DNA of 45,235 nt, counting the filler, from Catajapyx aquilonaris (Eukaryota), in assembly GCA_000934665.2 (NCBI GenBank). It is 2 parts of 2 records of this genome, joined end to end, with 100 filler letters (N's around TTAATTAATTAA, not from the genome) between each part and the next. Parts side by side here need not be neighbours in the genome. Positions count along the whole stretch, not along the records: positions 1 to 22,682 come from JYFJ02005879.1; 1 more part is not named here. The stretch is one strand, 5' to 3'. The position numbers and the translations under genes were made by a program. The notes under the pieces are model-generated. The model was not told the origin of the DNA, searched no databases, and saw only the letters and a program-made list of their open reading frames with translations. Position 1 is the stretch's first letter. Every line of letters begins with the position of its first letter. Of the stretch, positions 1 to 14,308 are shown piece after piece.

Positions 1-214
1 GTGTACATTAGTGGGGACATGTCCCCACTATTTTCATTTGTAGGGTTTCACAAAAGTCCATTTTTCTCAGCCTAGGTTACTTAGGGTAGGGTAGGTTAGG
101 TTAGGTTAGGTTAGGTTAGGTTAGGTTAGATCAGTTTACACTCGCAGTGAAAAGTGATCAATGTCCGTCCCCACGCCTTAGTCAAGACAAGAGCGTCTGT
201 GTGTGTGTGTGTGT
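1..214. mobile_element. Partial non-autonomous element carrying an internal TTAGG array (Helitron/Helentron-like or microsatellite-targeting DNA element; family uncertain)
   Basis: A perfect 22-bp palindrome TAGTGGGGACATGTCCCCACTA lies at 9-30, followed by an internal (TTAGG)n and a second GTCCCCAC at 167-174. The element ends in (TG)n at about 198-214 and is truncated by the window start. Confidence 0.4.
81..129 (+). repeat. Interstitial (TTAGG)n, the arthropod telomeric motif
   Basis: Six perfect TTAGG units at 96-125 are preceded by degenerate TAGGG units. Confidence 0.95.
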
Positions 215-779
215 TTTTTTTATTGACAGGAGTTAATGTTTTGTGATATTGGACATGATTGTCATTTCATTGTTCCTGTACCAGTCTTGATTATTAATAA
301 GAAGACCGTAACATAGCATTTCAACATTAATTCAACAATTAATTTATTTAACATTTTCCTCTTCTTGTTACTTTTTTTTATTCGCCTTAACTCAAGTTCT
401 GTTGGTAGAACTTCCCAATTTTTAACACATAATTATCCCCACCCTCATGAAGTGCATTCCTACCATTTACAGCTAAACTCAATTCCTCTTCAAAACGCCT
501 CAAAGAAATTACCACTAAAACATTCGTCTTCATTTTTTTGCTCAATAACTATTCGGAATATTAGGTTTCTTCATCAAAGGGCCGAATGTGCAGTGGGATG
601 GTGCGGATATATGTTCAAAACATCACAGCTATATACTGGTATATACCTGCTACAGGATTGAAGGTATGCCCCTCACCCTCCCCCAATTTTTCCTTCGTTA
701 CTTCATTTTTGTTCATGATTCATCACCTAGCAATGTTACCCTGCTGCTCTGGGCTGAATGCATTGTACTGCACTTATTA

Positions 780-1180
780 CAGTTGAATCCGGATATAACA
801 GCCTCGGCTATAACAGACTTTTGGTTATAAAGGCCGGTCCTGGGATTCTTCCATAAGGCCCTGAGTATTTGACTCCTGATTAACGGATTCATTTTCACCT
901 CACCTCGGGTATAACACACCATTTCTTGGCCCCTCGGTGGGAAAATATTATGCTGTAGTTTTCCAGGTACAAAATCTGCAAAAAGAATGACGGCAAAAGA
1001 AAATTCAGGATCTTTTGGTCCTGCATAATTATCTGGTGAGCTAATAATATTGCATTTTTGACAGATTTCATAGGTATGTAGTCTGGAAGTGCATAGTACA
1101 GCCATATTGAAAGCAGAGATTTCTGTATTCGTTGCGTGACGATTCGGCTATAACAGACCTCAGTTATAACAGACTTTTTT
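780..1180 (+). mobile_element. pogo/Tigger-like (Tc1/mariner) non-autonomous element, left end only
   Basis: It starts TA|CAGTTGAATCCGGATATAAC, typical of pogo/Tigger TIRs. The subterminal motif CGGNTATAACA(G)AC recurs at about 790, 805, 906, 1145 and 1161. No matching right TIR was found. Confidence 0.6.
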
Positions 1181-2298
1181 ATGCAAATGGTCCAAGTTCA
1201 TTTGCTAAAAATCTTTGCATTGGCTATAAGAAGAAAAAACGTACAAAGTCATATAATGAAACTTCTGAAAGTGCTTGACCTCATTGCGAAGTACGTATAT
1301 GCAGCACCAAGTGCAGCACAGACCTTTATATACCGAATACAACGCCCAACAGCCCGTCCCAGGTTTCAGACCTGACCTTGAATCACTCCACCTTCCCGAT
1401 GACCCTTGATTTGACGAATATTGTTCAACACATTAGAGGAGAATTATTATTAAGTTATTATTATTATTATTCCTTCCCTTCTATGTCAGCCACAAAGAGA
1501 AAATATCGATATCTGAGGCAACCCACCCGACTGCAGTTCTTCTTCTTATTATTATTGAAGCATCAATCACTGTGTGTACACTGAATAGTAGTCTACGTAG
1601 AATCCGATCTAATATTATCATGTGGAACGGGAGAGAGGAAGGGGACACAATATATTATAATTGTGCCAAACCAGATCATAATTATTGTGCCCTCGGACAC
1701 ATTTTGGATGAGCTGGACTTTGATTGCGTCATAGGGATCATAATAATGGCGAAGGCATATTGGCCAAGTGACTTCCTCCTCCCTCACTGATATGAACCTA
1801 TCCGATTTGAGTATTAGCAGTCGTAGCAGTGTCCCTGACTGTTTACTAAGTAAACATTATTATAAGGACTGCTTTATGTCCAGCACTGTACAGGTGTACA
1901 CATAGTTGACAATTATTATTCATTCCCAGCTGACGAAGATTGGTTGGCCGATGACCTCGAAACATGAGAAGGAAGCATGTAGCCATAAGCAGCTGGCGAC
2001 CGCTGGCGATTGTTGGCGATATAATAATTATGGTACTCGTTTTATTTGAGGAACAGTGTCAGCGAAATTAATTCGCTATACTAGCAGACACTATAGAGTT
2101 TATTAATTACACACTGTTATTATGAGCCGGAACAAACAGATGTATAGTCAAAGCAGGGGCAATGAGCAAGGAAAACAACCTTAAGTATGACGTTGTGCGT
2201 AATAGCTTGCAAGTCAAAAAAGATGCGGACAAGTTAATGCATCCTGGATTTACACAACTCTCAGCATGGTATTGTAAGGTGAAGGCTATACGAAAAAC

Positions 2299-2374
<76 letters not shown>
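2299..2374. repeat. (ATT)n microsatellite
   Basis: About 25 perfect units. Confidence 0.98.
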
Positions 2375-2375
<1 letters not shown>

Positions 2376-2938
2376 CGTGAACAATCTAACATCATTGATC
2401 AAGGACATCTTTACGATTTTTTGACCAATACGTAACTATTGGCCTTTTCATCATCTGTGCCTTCTACGTATTTTGTCCAAGTCATCATTTCCTTCGACAC
2501 TGACCTCGACGTATCATTCAAGACTCACGACACTCATTATAAACCTTCAAACATCCCTTCTAACGACTATTTAAGAAACCGGATTGAAATTGTTTCACCA
2601 TGAAAGTAGTCAGAGAGAAACACGACGATTACACGAGGCAGTAAGTGGCATGTCAAAATTGAGTCCTGTTTTAAAAATGTTTCATACTCTTGAGAGTTAG
2701 ATTTTTTCAGAGAAGAGTTTAGTTAAACCATTTCATCAGTCGAGGCTGGTTTGGTGAGTTATTTTAAACCAAATAATAGCCTAATTCCTGTCACTTATAT
2801 AACATGTGATAAGTTACATTGCAAGGACAGCCTACAATATTAATGTTTCTTGCTCTCTGGATACGACCGTTTACTCAGTAAATAATGTTTAGTGCGCAGC
2901 TACACCACCCTCACACCAAGACAGTATGCTATGTATAT

Positions 2939-3082
2939 CCTCCTGAGACCCGATGTCCAATATATTGGACATCAGCAAAAAAAAACATTCACAAAACACA
3001 AAAACAAATTGGCGTCAATTTCAGTTGACGCCTTCTTTTTTTTTGCTGATGTCCAATATATTGGACATCAGGTCTCAGGAGG
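2939..3082. mobile_element. 144-bp MITE with ~45-bp TIRs and ATAT flanks (piggyBac-like termini)
   Basis: CCTCCTGAGACC(C/T)GATGTCCAATATATTGGACATCAGCAAAAAAAAA occurs at both ends in inverted orientation. ATAT sits at 2935-2938 and 3083-3086. Confidence 0.85.
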
Positions 3083-4820
3083 ATATGTAGGACACAAATA
3101 CAATTATTCAGAAATATATTATTTTACTTAATCGCTTGCTAAACTGACGCAGACTCTGTTCTCCCATGTTATATCTTCGACTGGATCGAAAAAGCGATGC
3201 CTGTGTTTGTGAAAAAAATGACTCTCTTTTTTACTGACTGTGTCGAGACACCGGTCCTACGAAACACGAGTGTTGGTTTCTGCATCAACGCTTGCGGAAT
3301 ATTATGCTCTAAATGATGTCTGTCTCCCAGGCACACACATATTATTATACGAGTAACAGCTGTTATGCGTACTATTTTGCCCCTTCACGCACCAGAGTGC
3401 GCAGAGTTTCACAGTCTGACCCTTTCAATCATTGAATATGGAATAATCTTCGGACAACCTGTCAAATATGCTTCAATATTTTATGATCGCATGCTTATGA
3501 TCACACCGACAAGTGTCATTATATGAAGTACACCAAGCGCACCAAGCATATGTCGTTGCCTCATTATTCCACTATAATTCACACACAAAATGATGGCCAT
3601 GCTGGCCACAATATTGTGTTACACATACAGTACTGGTATTTTATAAAGTACTTTACGATTCAGAAAACTATAATGCGTCTTAAAGTTGCCTGTTTTTTAC
3701 ACATCCAGATAATATCTGGGAATGTGTTATTATTATTATTATTACTCAACTGTATAATATGATCATTCATAAGACTGATTTACTTCATGAATTCTGCTTT
3801 GCAAAGACACGAGGATCTTATGTGGTTTATTTACAAAATTTTACACTTGTGTAACAGGCGATAAATATAATATGTCATAATGATCATTGAACTCTCACAG
3901 AAACAATGAGATGACGACTTTTCACACATATCGGGCCTCGTGATATCGTAGGTATATGATTGTGATTGATCTGTTTGTGTCAAATCTGGTCAAAATAACA
4001 AAGTTATGGTCATTCTCACTCTTTGAAAACTCTCTATTGTAACACGACTGAATCCTCTAATATCGTTCTGAGACAAGCAGAAATAGCCTGTTATTGACCC
4101 ACACGTGTGTCAGAGTATCAAGTTCTATATATTGCAGTAGCACATATACAAGCACATATCAATGCTATTACATAGCTCCAGTGAAGGCCATGATAACCCA
4201 TGTTTTTTGACGTGTAATTTACTTTGCTGCGAGTGCAGGAGGAGCCGAGGAGGGCTCTAGGAGAGAGAGAGAGAGAGACAATAAGGCGGTGTAGCAGGAG
4301 TCAATCTGGAAAAAAATATCGTCGAATTTTTCCCAAATAAACAGCTATATACGCCGCATCAGAACGTCGATTCCTTCCCTGGATATTCGTTGGACACGTA
4401 ATGTTCTCCGATTATGCCAGCGGTGATGAGGAGAGGTGCACGATAAGCTGCAGACGAGGCCAGAATGTCAGGCATCAGTCCCGACTGGCCATGTCGGAAG
4501 AGAACAGGAGAAGGAGACAAACAAATTCAAGCAGGAGCCTATACCATATAGAGACAGAGAAGTCAGTCCAGTGGGAATCAGACTCGAATGAAGGATGATG
4601 ATGGACAACGACTTTGCTGCGGGAAGAACAGCCTTTAATATTATTATGCAGAGTAATCTGATTTCGTGGGATGATGTGACCACTCTTTCCCTCTCGGCTT
4701 GCTTGTGGGATATATGCAAATGTGGTGACTTTCCTCCTGTCTGCTCCTCTCGGCCCTTACCAGTTAGCTCTCCCTGCTCCGTGACAGAGACCTTCCACTT
4801 ACTGTGCATATCAAGGCATC

Positions 4821-5098
<278 letters not shown>

Positions 5099-6629
5099 TG
5101 GCAATTCTTTCAGTCCCTGCCATTATGTAGGAAAGTTCCTGCTGGTCACGGAGAGAAAAGCATACTGTCAATATTTTCAAAGAATAATTTACTCTGGTAT
5201 ATACCTATGAACGGGAAGAAGCAGGTAACGTCTAGTCGCATGAAGAGGCGATCACTGATATAACGAGCTGCTCTAGGAGCAGTTGACCCCTCACCAGGAC
5301 GAAACGTGCCACTCGTACTTCATCATCCTAACCACATCGGACGCCGTACTGATGACGAGTGGATCAAGATTATTATTTTATTCTCTGCTTTATAGTCACA
5401 ACCAACACCAGGCGAGGCGAGGGCAGGGGTGTAGCCTACACCCCTCCCATCGCCTGAGAGAAAGAGACTCTCTGAGGTCAAACTGTCAGGACTGAAATGA
5501 GAACACACCAAATATACGAACATTGAAATGCCTGTTTTGAAAGCGGTGTTATCCAGCAGGAGGAAAACAACCCGGATACTTTGTGTTCAACAGTCCAGGA
5601 TTCCAGTGACTAAGACCAAGCAGGAAACCGTTGCCTTTGTTGCAGATTTGTAATCATAAAGACGAACCTCATCATCATTCTCTTCCCTGGGGTTTGAACG
5701 CCAGAAAGTAATCTTACCTTGCTATACTTACACTCTTACAACATGTCGAATGTGACAGGCCCGTTATTGGTATGATGGACCGGGTCTGGATTGCGTCTGG
5801 ATTACATTACAAGACATACCGGTATACTGCATAATAATGAGTGCAACACATCACATTTTAAAACATTTTCAATAACATATTACCTCCAATATTTGGATAC
5901 TGATCAGTCGCATCTCCAGCGGGGTCTGGAGGTTTGTCCACAAAAGAGACCACAGGTGGAATCTGTTTCATATCCTGCTAAAACGCATCATTATTGATGT
6001 CGACAAACTCTTTCCAGGACGCCCCAAGCAAACTTTTTACCAATCAAAACTTATGCCATCAGTTGCCGGCGAAATAAGGACGACATGTGACAAGTAAGGG
6101 TTATTTTAGCGTATGTGTCGTTTTGCGGGCACTTGTTATTCAGTATACTCTGGTGTGACTCCAATGATGATGTTCCAAGATAGAAAGATTGACACATCGG
6201 AGAGTGCACCAGTAGCAGGATGTCACGACCACTTATGACATCACACTTCAGTTCCATACGACAATACACGACACGAAATATTTGCATACGGACACACGTT
6301 CAATGGTATATGAGAATTACCTCACTGCAAAATGTGCTGTGTTTTGTTGTCGTAAGTATATGTTATTGCTGCATTGATCCTGATAACAATTATAATAATT
6401 GCATAGACTATAAGAAGCTGAATGTCTTCTGTGAGTAGTATAGTATACAGTATACAATCAGCCAATCAAGTTACGCCTTTGCAAATACGTACTGTACCAA
6501 GTATATAGGACCGGGGAGGACATATACGTATAACAGTCAATCTCACTCGGTAATTATTGATGTAAGCCCGAACTTGTTTATTAAATGATTCAACTGCTTG
6601 TTACAGTATTTTGATGCCTGAGTCGAATT

Positions 6630-6706
<77 letters not shown>
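6630..6706. repeat. (ATC)n microsatellite
   Basis: About 25 units. Confidence 0.98.
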
Positions 6707-9700
6707 GATGAAACTCGTGTAACTATACTCGTATAGAATTCTTAAACAGAAGCTTGATAAGATGATAACAACACTTCCAAAAGCTGCTTTGACACGTCCA
6801 TCGCCTCAACTGGCAGCTATATTCATCCAAGCAATGTCAGCAGACATCAAAATTAATATACAACGTACCAGTTCGGTGACAACATGCAATGGCAAATTAA
6901 TTACGGTAACTTAAATGATGAAGATATAGGCTAGAATGCCAAAAGGGGCAAGGATATCCGCACAAGGCCGATCATATTGGTCGTCTCCAGTCTGTGATGC
7001 TGCATGGACTTCTATCTCATTATGACCAACGTCATTCAACTCATGCCTGGAGAACTATGGAAATCTAAGACCATACAGACTGGCCTGTCCGGCGGAGGTG
7101 ATTCTGACAAGTGAGAATGTGACTGGAGGAGGGGACTCCATTCATGCCGTCATCAGCACCGTATCTACGTGTCAATAATGACATAATTAGGCAATCGTGT
7201 CAGACAGCGAATCATTTTTATATCTCAGCACTACACACTGTACAGTACTTTACAGCCAGTCGTTACAGTTTACTGAAATCATCTGACTCTGACTTATATA
7301 ACTCTTATTCCTTCAGTTAAATAACAATGTACCGACTGGCAGGAAGTTGTTACCATCGGTTGTGCTTCCACATATTTTTTCTGGATATACCCAAGGCAGA
7401 GCTGCTGGTAGCCTCGTGTATGATGCACCATTGCGACACTTCAACGCACGGCATCACCAGGTAAGGCTATAAGCGACATCTGGTAAACATTGAACATGTT
7501 ATTAATCCAAATGTTATGGGTAACATGGGATCCACAATTTGTTCTGTGCTTACATACGAGGTCCTAATCGCATTCGGGTGGCTGCTACAGCGGATCTGCA
7601 AACTGGGGCTGAATGAGAATTGACGGTTTAGGCTCAGTATAATTATACGGTTCAGAAGGCGTCCGCCCGAAGGCGATTTGGTGCAGCGCATTCAGTGCTC
7701 CACATCCCAGGCCAAATTCACTACGTGAGATGCCAATATTGTTCCAATCCTCATCGGAATAAATATTACTTTGCAGCATAGAGCTTGAAAGGATGAGATT
7801 GACGTCATATCAGTGTATTAGTATAGTCTACCTAATACAGAGTTATAATAATGAACGTTTCATTTTGCGTCGACAAAAAGATTCCTCAGGCACTTCAATA
7901 ATAACTTCGTCGAAGGAAAACATCTCATCAGCAGGAAACCTAACAGCAGGATATCTCACAGGTATCAATATCCACGTCCGGCATCGATTAGCTGTCGGCA
8001 GGGACGCCGTATACATTTTTATGTCATTCACGTGATGGCATTTTAATGGTCCCTTTTTGTGAATATATCATTCATGAAGATGAACAAATATAGGGGTGGT
8101 TACAGACAAAATAATACAGCTATAGGTGAAGATGTTAAACCAGTGATGCCAATTTGATGTCTGGAAACAAAAAAACAACAACAACAACAGAAGGGCGAAT
8201 TGCCGTGCTATTGCTCCATTTCCGCTCTCAGTTAGTAAAATAATGCAATAGACACCCTTCAATCAGGCAACTGAAGCATGCATGACACATATAGGCTAAT
8301 GCAAACCATGATGAGTGTGTTCCAGAAGCCCTAAGTAATATCGGTCACTTTATTAAACAGATCCGTCGTCTGCCGACTAATCGCAGACACCTACGGTATA
8401 AAATTAATGTTTTACACGAGGTTGAAAGTCTCACCGGTCAGGAAGCATTTCTGACAGGTTATGACAACATAAACGGCCTCATTCAAGCATAATTATGTTT
8501 GTGCCTTGGTTTGTGCCCTACACACAATCACTAAATCTCCCCGTGCATGCGCCTGTCCCTCTCTCATCTTTATAGATAAATGTACAAGTACAATGTCTAG
8601 GCTAAGTTTATAGTACTTCTTCAAGTACGGTACTTAGTCTACTGCCTTAGCTTGAGTTAACTATAAATCCGATCCTTTGTAAGCACATTTTCAAATGAGC
8701 GATCGCCTGAAATGCATTAGAGTGTAATTAAATTATTACATTAACGAAATATACAGGAACAATGAAAATACGAATCTATATTCCGTCTTTTCGTGTCATT
8801 CGTTTCAAGTAAAGAGTCACACACCACAACACAATGAATCAGCTGCACAATGAAGACATAATATAGGCTTACTCCCGGATCCCTTTACATCGCCTGAAGA
8901 GCTGCACCTTTCACTATAGCCCAATCAATGCAGGGTCTGCTTTCCAGTTGTTTTAGAGAGCGTCGATGGACGGACGGACGGAAGACTGGTCAAGGAGAGG
9001 GACATATCCCATGGTGCTTGTACGACGGAATTCCGAACTACACACAGGTTTGGTTTATTAAGAAGAAGCCAAAGCAACTATGGCTATATCTGGCTATAGA
9101 AGAAGCAAAGGTGGGACAGATGGAGAGAGAAACGCAGAACTACACACAAGGACATCACCACCGGCCGATGACCGGTTTTAATATTGTGGAACTGAAGGAC
9201 AACCTACAAGAATGTTGCGAAATTAATCCGTCATTATTTGGGAAAGCGAGACCCGACGATGCCATATCGCGCCTATTGAAGATGTAAATTGTGTTACAAT
9301 CGTTCGTGCCGACTAAGCTTCAATATTTTACTCACTATATAGAGACGGAAGCAGAACCACAAGCATTTCCAAGGAGAATGTAGCAAACAGACAGTCATTC
9401 GTTGTAGGCGCAAGAAGCAAGGGAATATGCACACCACGACTGTAACATCGTATGTAGGAATATTATTATGCGCATCAAAAAGTTGCTGACAAAATAATGC
9501 ATCCCCCGGAGCTTTGCAACCATCAACATAATTATTACTGTATTATATAGGGTGAAGGTTAGGAATAAAATTCATCTCTCGAGGAAGACAGTGGTCTGTC
9601 TATTTATCACTCGCATCCCCTGCGAACTCTTCTATAGAAACACTCTAGAAACCAAAGAACAACAAAACATATCGACAATGTTTTTGTTCATGGGGAGAAG

Positions 9701-10574
9701 CCATATTTTCCTGCTTGCCTATGTATCAAAGGTAGAAAATGTAGCTTAGCTATATATAATTCGTCTAATAGGTACAGTACATTTCTGTCTCTGACTACAG
9801 TAAAATATAGGTGTTTTAAAATTTACCTATACCTTATAATAAACCTCATGCGAAATCTGCACACTTCTACCATAAATGATCGAAAAGGACACTGAATTAA
9901 TGTGACTGGTGTGACATCAGTCCAAAGCCCCTTATTCTCAAACCCGTTCTCATGTGGGTTATATATTGACTCATTTTATACTGCATTGTTTTTAAAACAT
10001 AAAAGTGGCTGGTCCTTTGGGAAACATAATTATGAAGTACTGTACCGTATACTCTAACATTGTAAGTCACTTTCCTCCTGTGGTGATGGGGTTTGGACCC
10101 CAGAAGCAGAGGGAATTTAGGCGGGGCCCCGCCTGGAGACCCATGATTAGGACAAACCATCATCATGAAGTCTCCGGAGACCTCTCCCAGCCGTACTCAT
10201 GACACCTCAAGGTCTCCGCCTGCCTCATGACGTATTGCATATTATGCGCATGGCGGAATGAATCATTTACAAGCAAATATACCAATCCTCACTGAAAGGC
10301 AGAATAGCATAACAATGATAATAATATGTGATGTGATGGAAATATCCTTCAGGTTTTATACTATACTTCGTAAAATACCGTGCAAAAGGAGGCAAAAGGC
10401 ATTACAAATTGACAGTTTCTAGAATCTCGATTTTATGACTGCGCCTATGTCACAATCAAAGTTTGAACTTCCGTCTTACGAGTGACCTATAAGTAACACG
10501 GAAATACAGTAGGTTATAATAGCAATGATGAATTTCCGGAACGAATAAAATGTTTTTTTGTCGACCTGTTCAAA

Positions 10575-10590
10575 ATCGTCATCGTCATCG

Positions 10591-10660
<70 letters not shown>

Positions 10661-10670
10661 TATCATTATT
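10575..10670. repeat. (ATC)n microsatellite with degenerate ends
   Basis: Directly visible. It is the source of the poly-H and poly-M ORFs. Confidence 0.97.
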
Positions 10671-13600
10671 ACTGCTGTAATCACTGTTTGCTGCATGGTC
10701 CTATGCGGACGCGCAACACTGCAAAGACAAATGGGCACAATGCGATAAATAAAATACGTATTTGGACTTAAAGTGCATTTGCCTATATAGGCCTATTGGA
10801 AGAGACAGTGCTGATACGGACGCCGCCGCAGCTGCTGCTCGAGTACCGATGCAACAGACAGATTATTCTCATTAACCGGAATGAGAGGAACGACAACCAG
10901 ACCATTCAGAACACGCCTCTTCGACAGTTCCTGTGCTTATATAGTGATGACTGTTGCTGCATGAGGTAGCAGATGGAAGATTGCAGGAGATTGCTATATA
11001 GGAATCGGAACAATCTCGAATATTATTGTGGTTGTTGTCTGTTCATTAGTATCAAAAATTGATACGAGGTACCTGTACTTCACAGGTTTTTAATACCAAC
11101 CCGACAGCATGCTGCGTAATATGATGGAGACGACAATTTTAAGCTTTTCCGATGCATTTCTTTACCTGTAAACTTTCATCCTCCCACAAATAGAGTAATA
11201 AAATGATCTACAAATCCGACACGGTTCAAATATTCTAACATCTGAGTTCAGACATTATAAAAAAATTATCACTATGCGCCTTCAACACCGTAACACTGAA
11301 GGAGGGTGCCAACGCACTGCATTTTGAGAGTAACAAGCGCATTCAAATTGCCATCCAGTTTTTCTTAATAACCTGGATCGAACCCACACACATACATGAC
11401 CTCTTAATGATAGCATTAGGGGACGTCTTCTGGAGAACCTCGGGCAGAAACACTTCACTCATACAGTATATTCCCTCACCAAGTGTACAACTGCTAGAAG
11501 CACACGGATATAGAGACATTGCATCTTAGAGAAGCAGAATCCAAGACAAGCATTATTTATTACGTATTATGCCAGGTTAGAAGTTCATTCGGGGACGTGA
11601 TTCTGAGTCCTTAATGTTGTTTTTTTTCCTTCTATACATCTGAAGTTCGGGCCCGATCTTTGAAGTGCGTAAAGTGGCGGCCTGTCCTCGAGAACAGTGT
11701 CAGAAAAATTTCAGCCAAAATTCTGTCGAGATCAGAGTAGAGATCAATGCGGCAGAATGACAAGAAATCCCAGGTGTTTGACCTCTTTTATCCCTGTGCT
11801 CGTCCCCTCCCTGTCGTCCATGAACATGATGGTAATATATACTGTTGCATCAGGCATAATAGGATGCAACTGTTCTGTCAGGGGAACTACAACGTATTTC
11901 CCCTGTCGACATTGAATGATGGACGAGAGTCGAGACCAGGTATCCTGAAAGAGATCTTGTCCCGACGACTCCCTGCTGGGAGGATGATGGCCGTGCTGCG
12001 CCGCGCCGTGAAGGAATGGGTTTGGAGTGCAGCAGGGTTAGGTGCAGACTGATGCACAGGGCAAGGCACAGGACGTGGATCGAAACAGGGTGACGTGTTG
12101 GGGACTGCCTCTTCTTATAATCAGGAGGGGACTTTGACGTGAGGTGGTGTGCTCTTGGAAGACAATAATTGGTCACAACACATTATGGTATAATAACATG
12201 CCTATACCTTTTCGTATTTAAACAAATAACTACTGCACATGACTGCACATTATTTTAGTCATTACAGTTATAAATAATATATTGTACAGATGATAAAAGA
12301 GGCAGAAAGCGATCTCATGTAATGAAAATAGCCAACAAATTCATTGCAATGCTATGTACGTAAGTGGTTCGTACCGTCGTCGGTAATAATGCAATCAGAC
12401 GTTTACTCCTGACGCGCAAATTGAGTATAATCATCTGTGCGCCGATTTCACGCCCGGATTCCAAATGACCGCTAACCTGAAACGAAGAGCGCCCAAAACG
12501 AATTCCAATTAGACTGAAGACCTGTATGTCTTAACAATGCGGACTACGACTCGCAAGAAGAGTATTCCAACCCTCCGTAGGATCTTGTCCCGCTGTAATG
12601 CATGTTAAACAAATGGCGACCTACTATACTCTATCAGCCACTCTCACATCGTAAGCAGCAGGCCAGACCTTTGCTCTCGACATGTGACTAACTGAAGTGA
12701 CGTATGTAATGCCACGTTGACGGATATTGAGCTCTCAAAATACTCCAAAGAAAATAGCCTATTTTTGCCTAGCCATCATCGGGGAGGTATGGAAGGCTAG
12801 CAGAAGTGTCTGACAAAATAATCTGGGATGGGTGTGATTCCCACCTTCACTCTTTTCCACATGAAAATTCCTCCCATTACCCCTTTTTGATGTTGATGAT
12901 GATTATTATTATTATTAGTGTTATTAAAATTAAAACGCTTTGTCTGGTGAATTGTGTTGCACTGGTTTTAGCCGCAGTCTCTGATTCCAAAGAAAACTGT
13001 CGTGATCACGGCCAATAAGCCAGCCAAGTAATATGTGCTCAATTATCACAACAGAATAATCCAAAAGTACGTAATTAAACGCACAAACCTTAGGTTAGTT
13101 CCAGTATGCCAATTTGAATTTGTGCTGACGGCATGTGTGATTGCATGAGAAATTTGTTACGGGGATAATATGAGGCCTGTGAGGAACGAAGAATACTCTC
13201 GACCCACTGAAACGACGAACAGGGTGAAAGGACAACACCAGGACACTCATGCTATTACTTGTGTGAGAAGCAATTTCACAGGGTTCCACGTTCCCGCAGG
13301 CTAATCCTGATGGACACATTGGGACAAACCATCACTAATTATTAGATAATGTTGTCCCTTCTGTCAGAAAGTTACGACTGTATTATTTTGTGTGCGCCCC
13401 TCCTCTTATATCAGGACCACGAAGTTTGTTCCAAGGAAGGTCATGCGATGGGTTACTATTCAGGAAACATTACCAGCGTCCTTGACTTGATTCCACTTCC
13501 AAGTCGGATCTATATAGTGTGAATAGCCCAAAAATGTAGGCGACACTTTTTCGTACCTGGAGTCGCACTGCAACGACATCAAGGTCTTACTATTACTTGC

Positions 13601-13714
13601 CTCTTTCCAATACATTGGTGTAACACGGTGTAACATGTGTTACTTTTTGAGCAGAATAATGAATAATACCATCAAAGCTAAGCATCAGGATCAGTCTATT
13701 GCGTTAGGTCAATC

Positions 13715-14005
13715 CAAAGAGTTCTGCTATTATATAATATAATACCTAGAGGAGGTACTCCCTATCCTTTTCCATTAGACAGGCTGAGGCAGCCGCCATC
13801 TTGTTGAAGGTCATGTTGTTGTTCTAACAGTTGTCTAGCAACTGGGACAACAACCAATAATGACAACTGGGCGACAATTAAGTTCTATAATGTCAGGCAG
13901 CCGCCATCTTGTTGAAGGTCATATTGTTGCCTGCATTGTTGCCTGCCTCACATTTCAGGCCGAGTACCTCCTCTAGGTGTGTATATAATATAGCAGAACT
14001 CTTTG
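13715..14005. mobile_element. 291-bp MITE with 8-bp TSD (P-element-like or hAT-like)
   Basis: The TIRs are CAAAGAGTTCTGCTAT...ACCTAGAGGAGGTACTC and GAGTACCTCCTCTAGGT...ATAGCAGAACTCTTTG. A perfect TSD GGTCAATC lies at 13707-13714 and 14006-14013. The internal direct repeat AGGCAGCCGCCATCTTGTTGAAGGTCAT occurs twice. Confidence 0.92.
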
Positions 14006-14143
14006 GGTCAATCTCATCAGGCCACATCGTGCTTGTAGAAATATTTCCATAGCAACTAATTACTAATCTATACTGAAAATAAAGTTATCATTATTTTCAC
14101 TTCCACTGTTTGCAATCCATTTCAATGCTTTATACCCGCAATA

Positions 14144-14144
<1 letters not shown>

Positions 14145-14182
<38 letters not shown>
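14145..14182. repeat. (ATT)n microsatellite
   Basis: Directly visible. Confidence 0.95.
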
Positions 14183-14271
14183 CATCCAAGATTGACCCAC
14201 CTGATGCACCTCATGATGTCACCAGACGACAGTATGGTTCGGCGGTGGCAAAAGTCCACCGGCCCAGAGCA

Positions 14272-14308
14272 TATATAAGTATACTATCAACAACAACAAA
14301 ACCAGTTC
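14272..14308 (+). promoter_or_regulatory. Candidate TATA + initiator core promoter
   Basis: TATATAAG at 14272 has CCAGTT (Inr-like) about 30 bp downstream. No convincing downstream CDS was identified. Confidence 0.3.

Noticed and set aside
81..129. True telomere
   Set aside because: There are only about 6 perfect units, with unique sequence on both sides.
1930..1985. Hammerhead ribozyme-like core (CTGACGA ... GAAA-CATG/CATG-TA)
   Set aside because: The core motifs and a 4-bp stem III are present, but stem I cannot form (G-G at the closing pair) and stem II is poor. It is at best a dead remnant.
5296..5363. GGACGAAAC ... CTGATGA as a type II hammerhead
   Set aside because: The sequence after CTGATGA does not pair with GGAC. 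Only a loose hairpin (CCACTCGT/ACGAGTGG) is present.
11850..12176. Minus-strand ORF with a signal-peptide-like stretch downstream of TATAAG (~12119)
   Set aside because: There is no ATG between the TATA and the hydrophobic stretch, no splice support and no recognisable domain.
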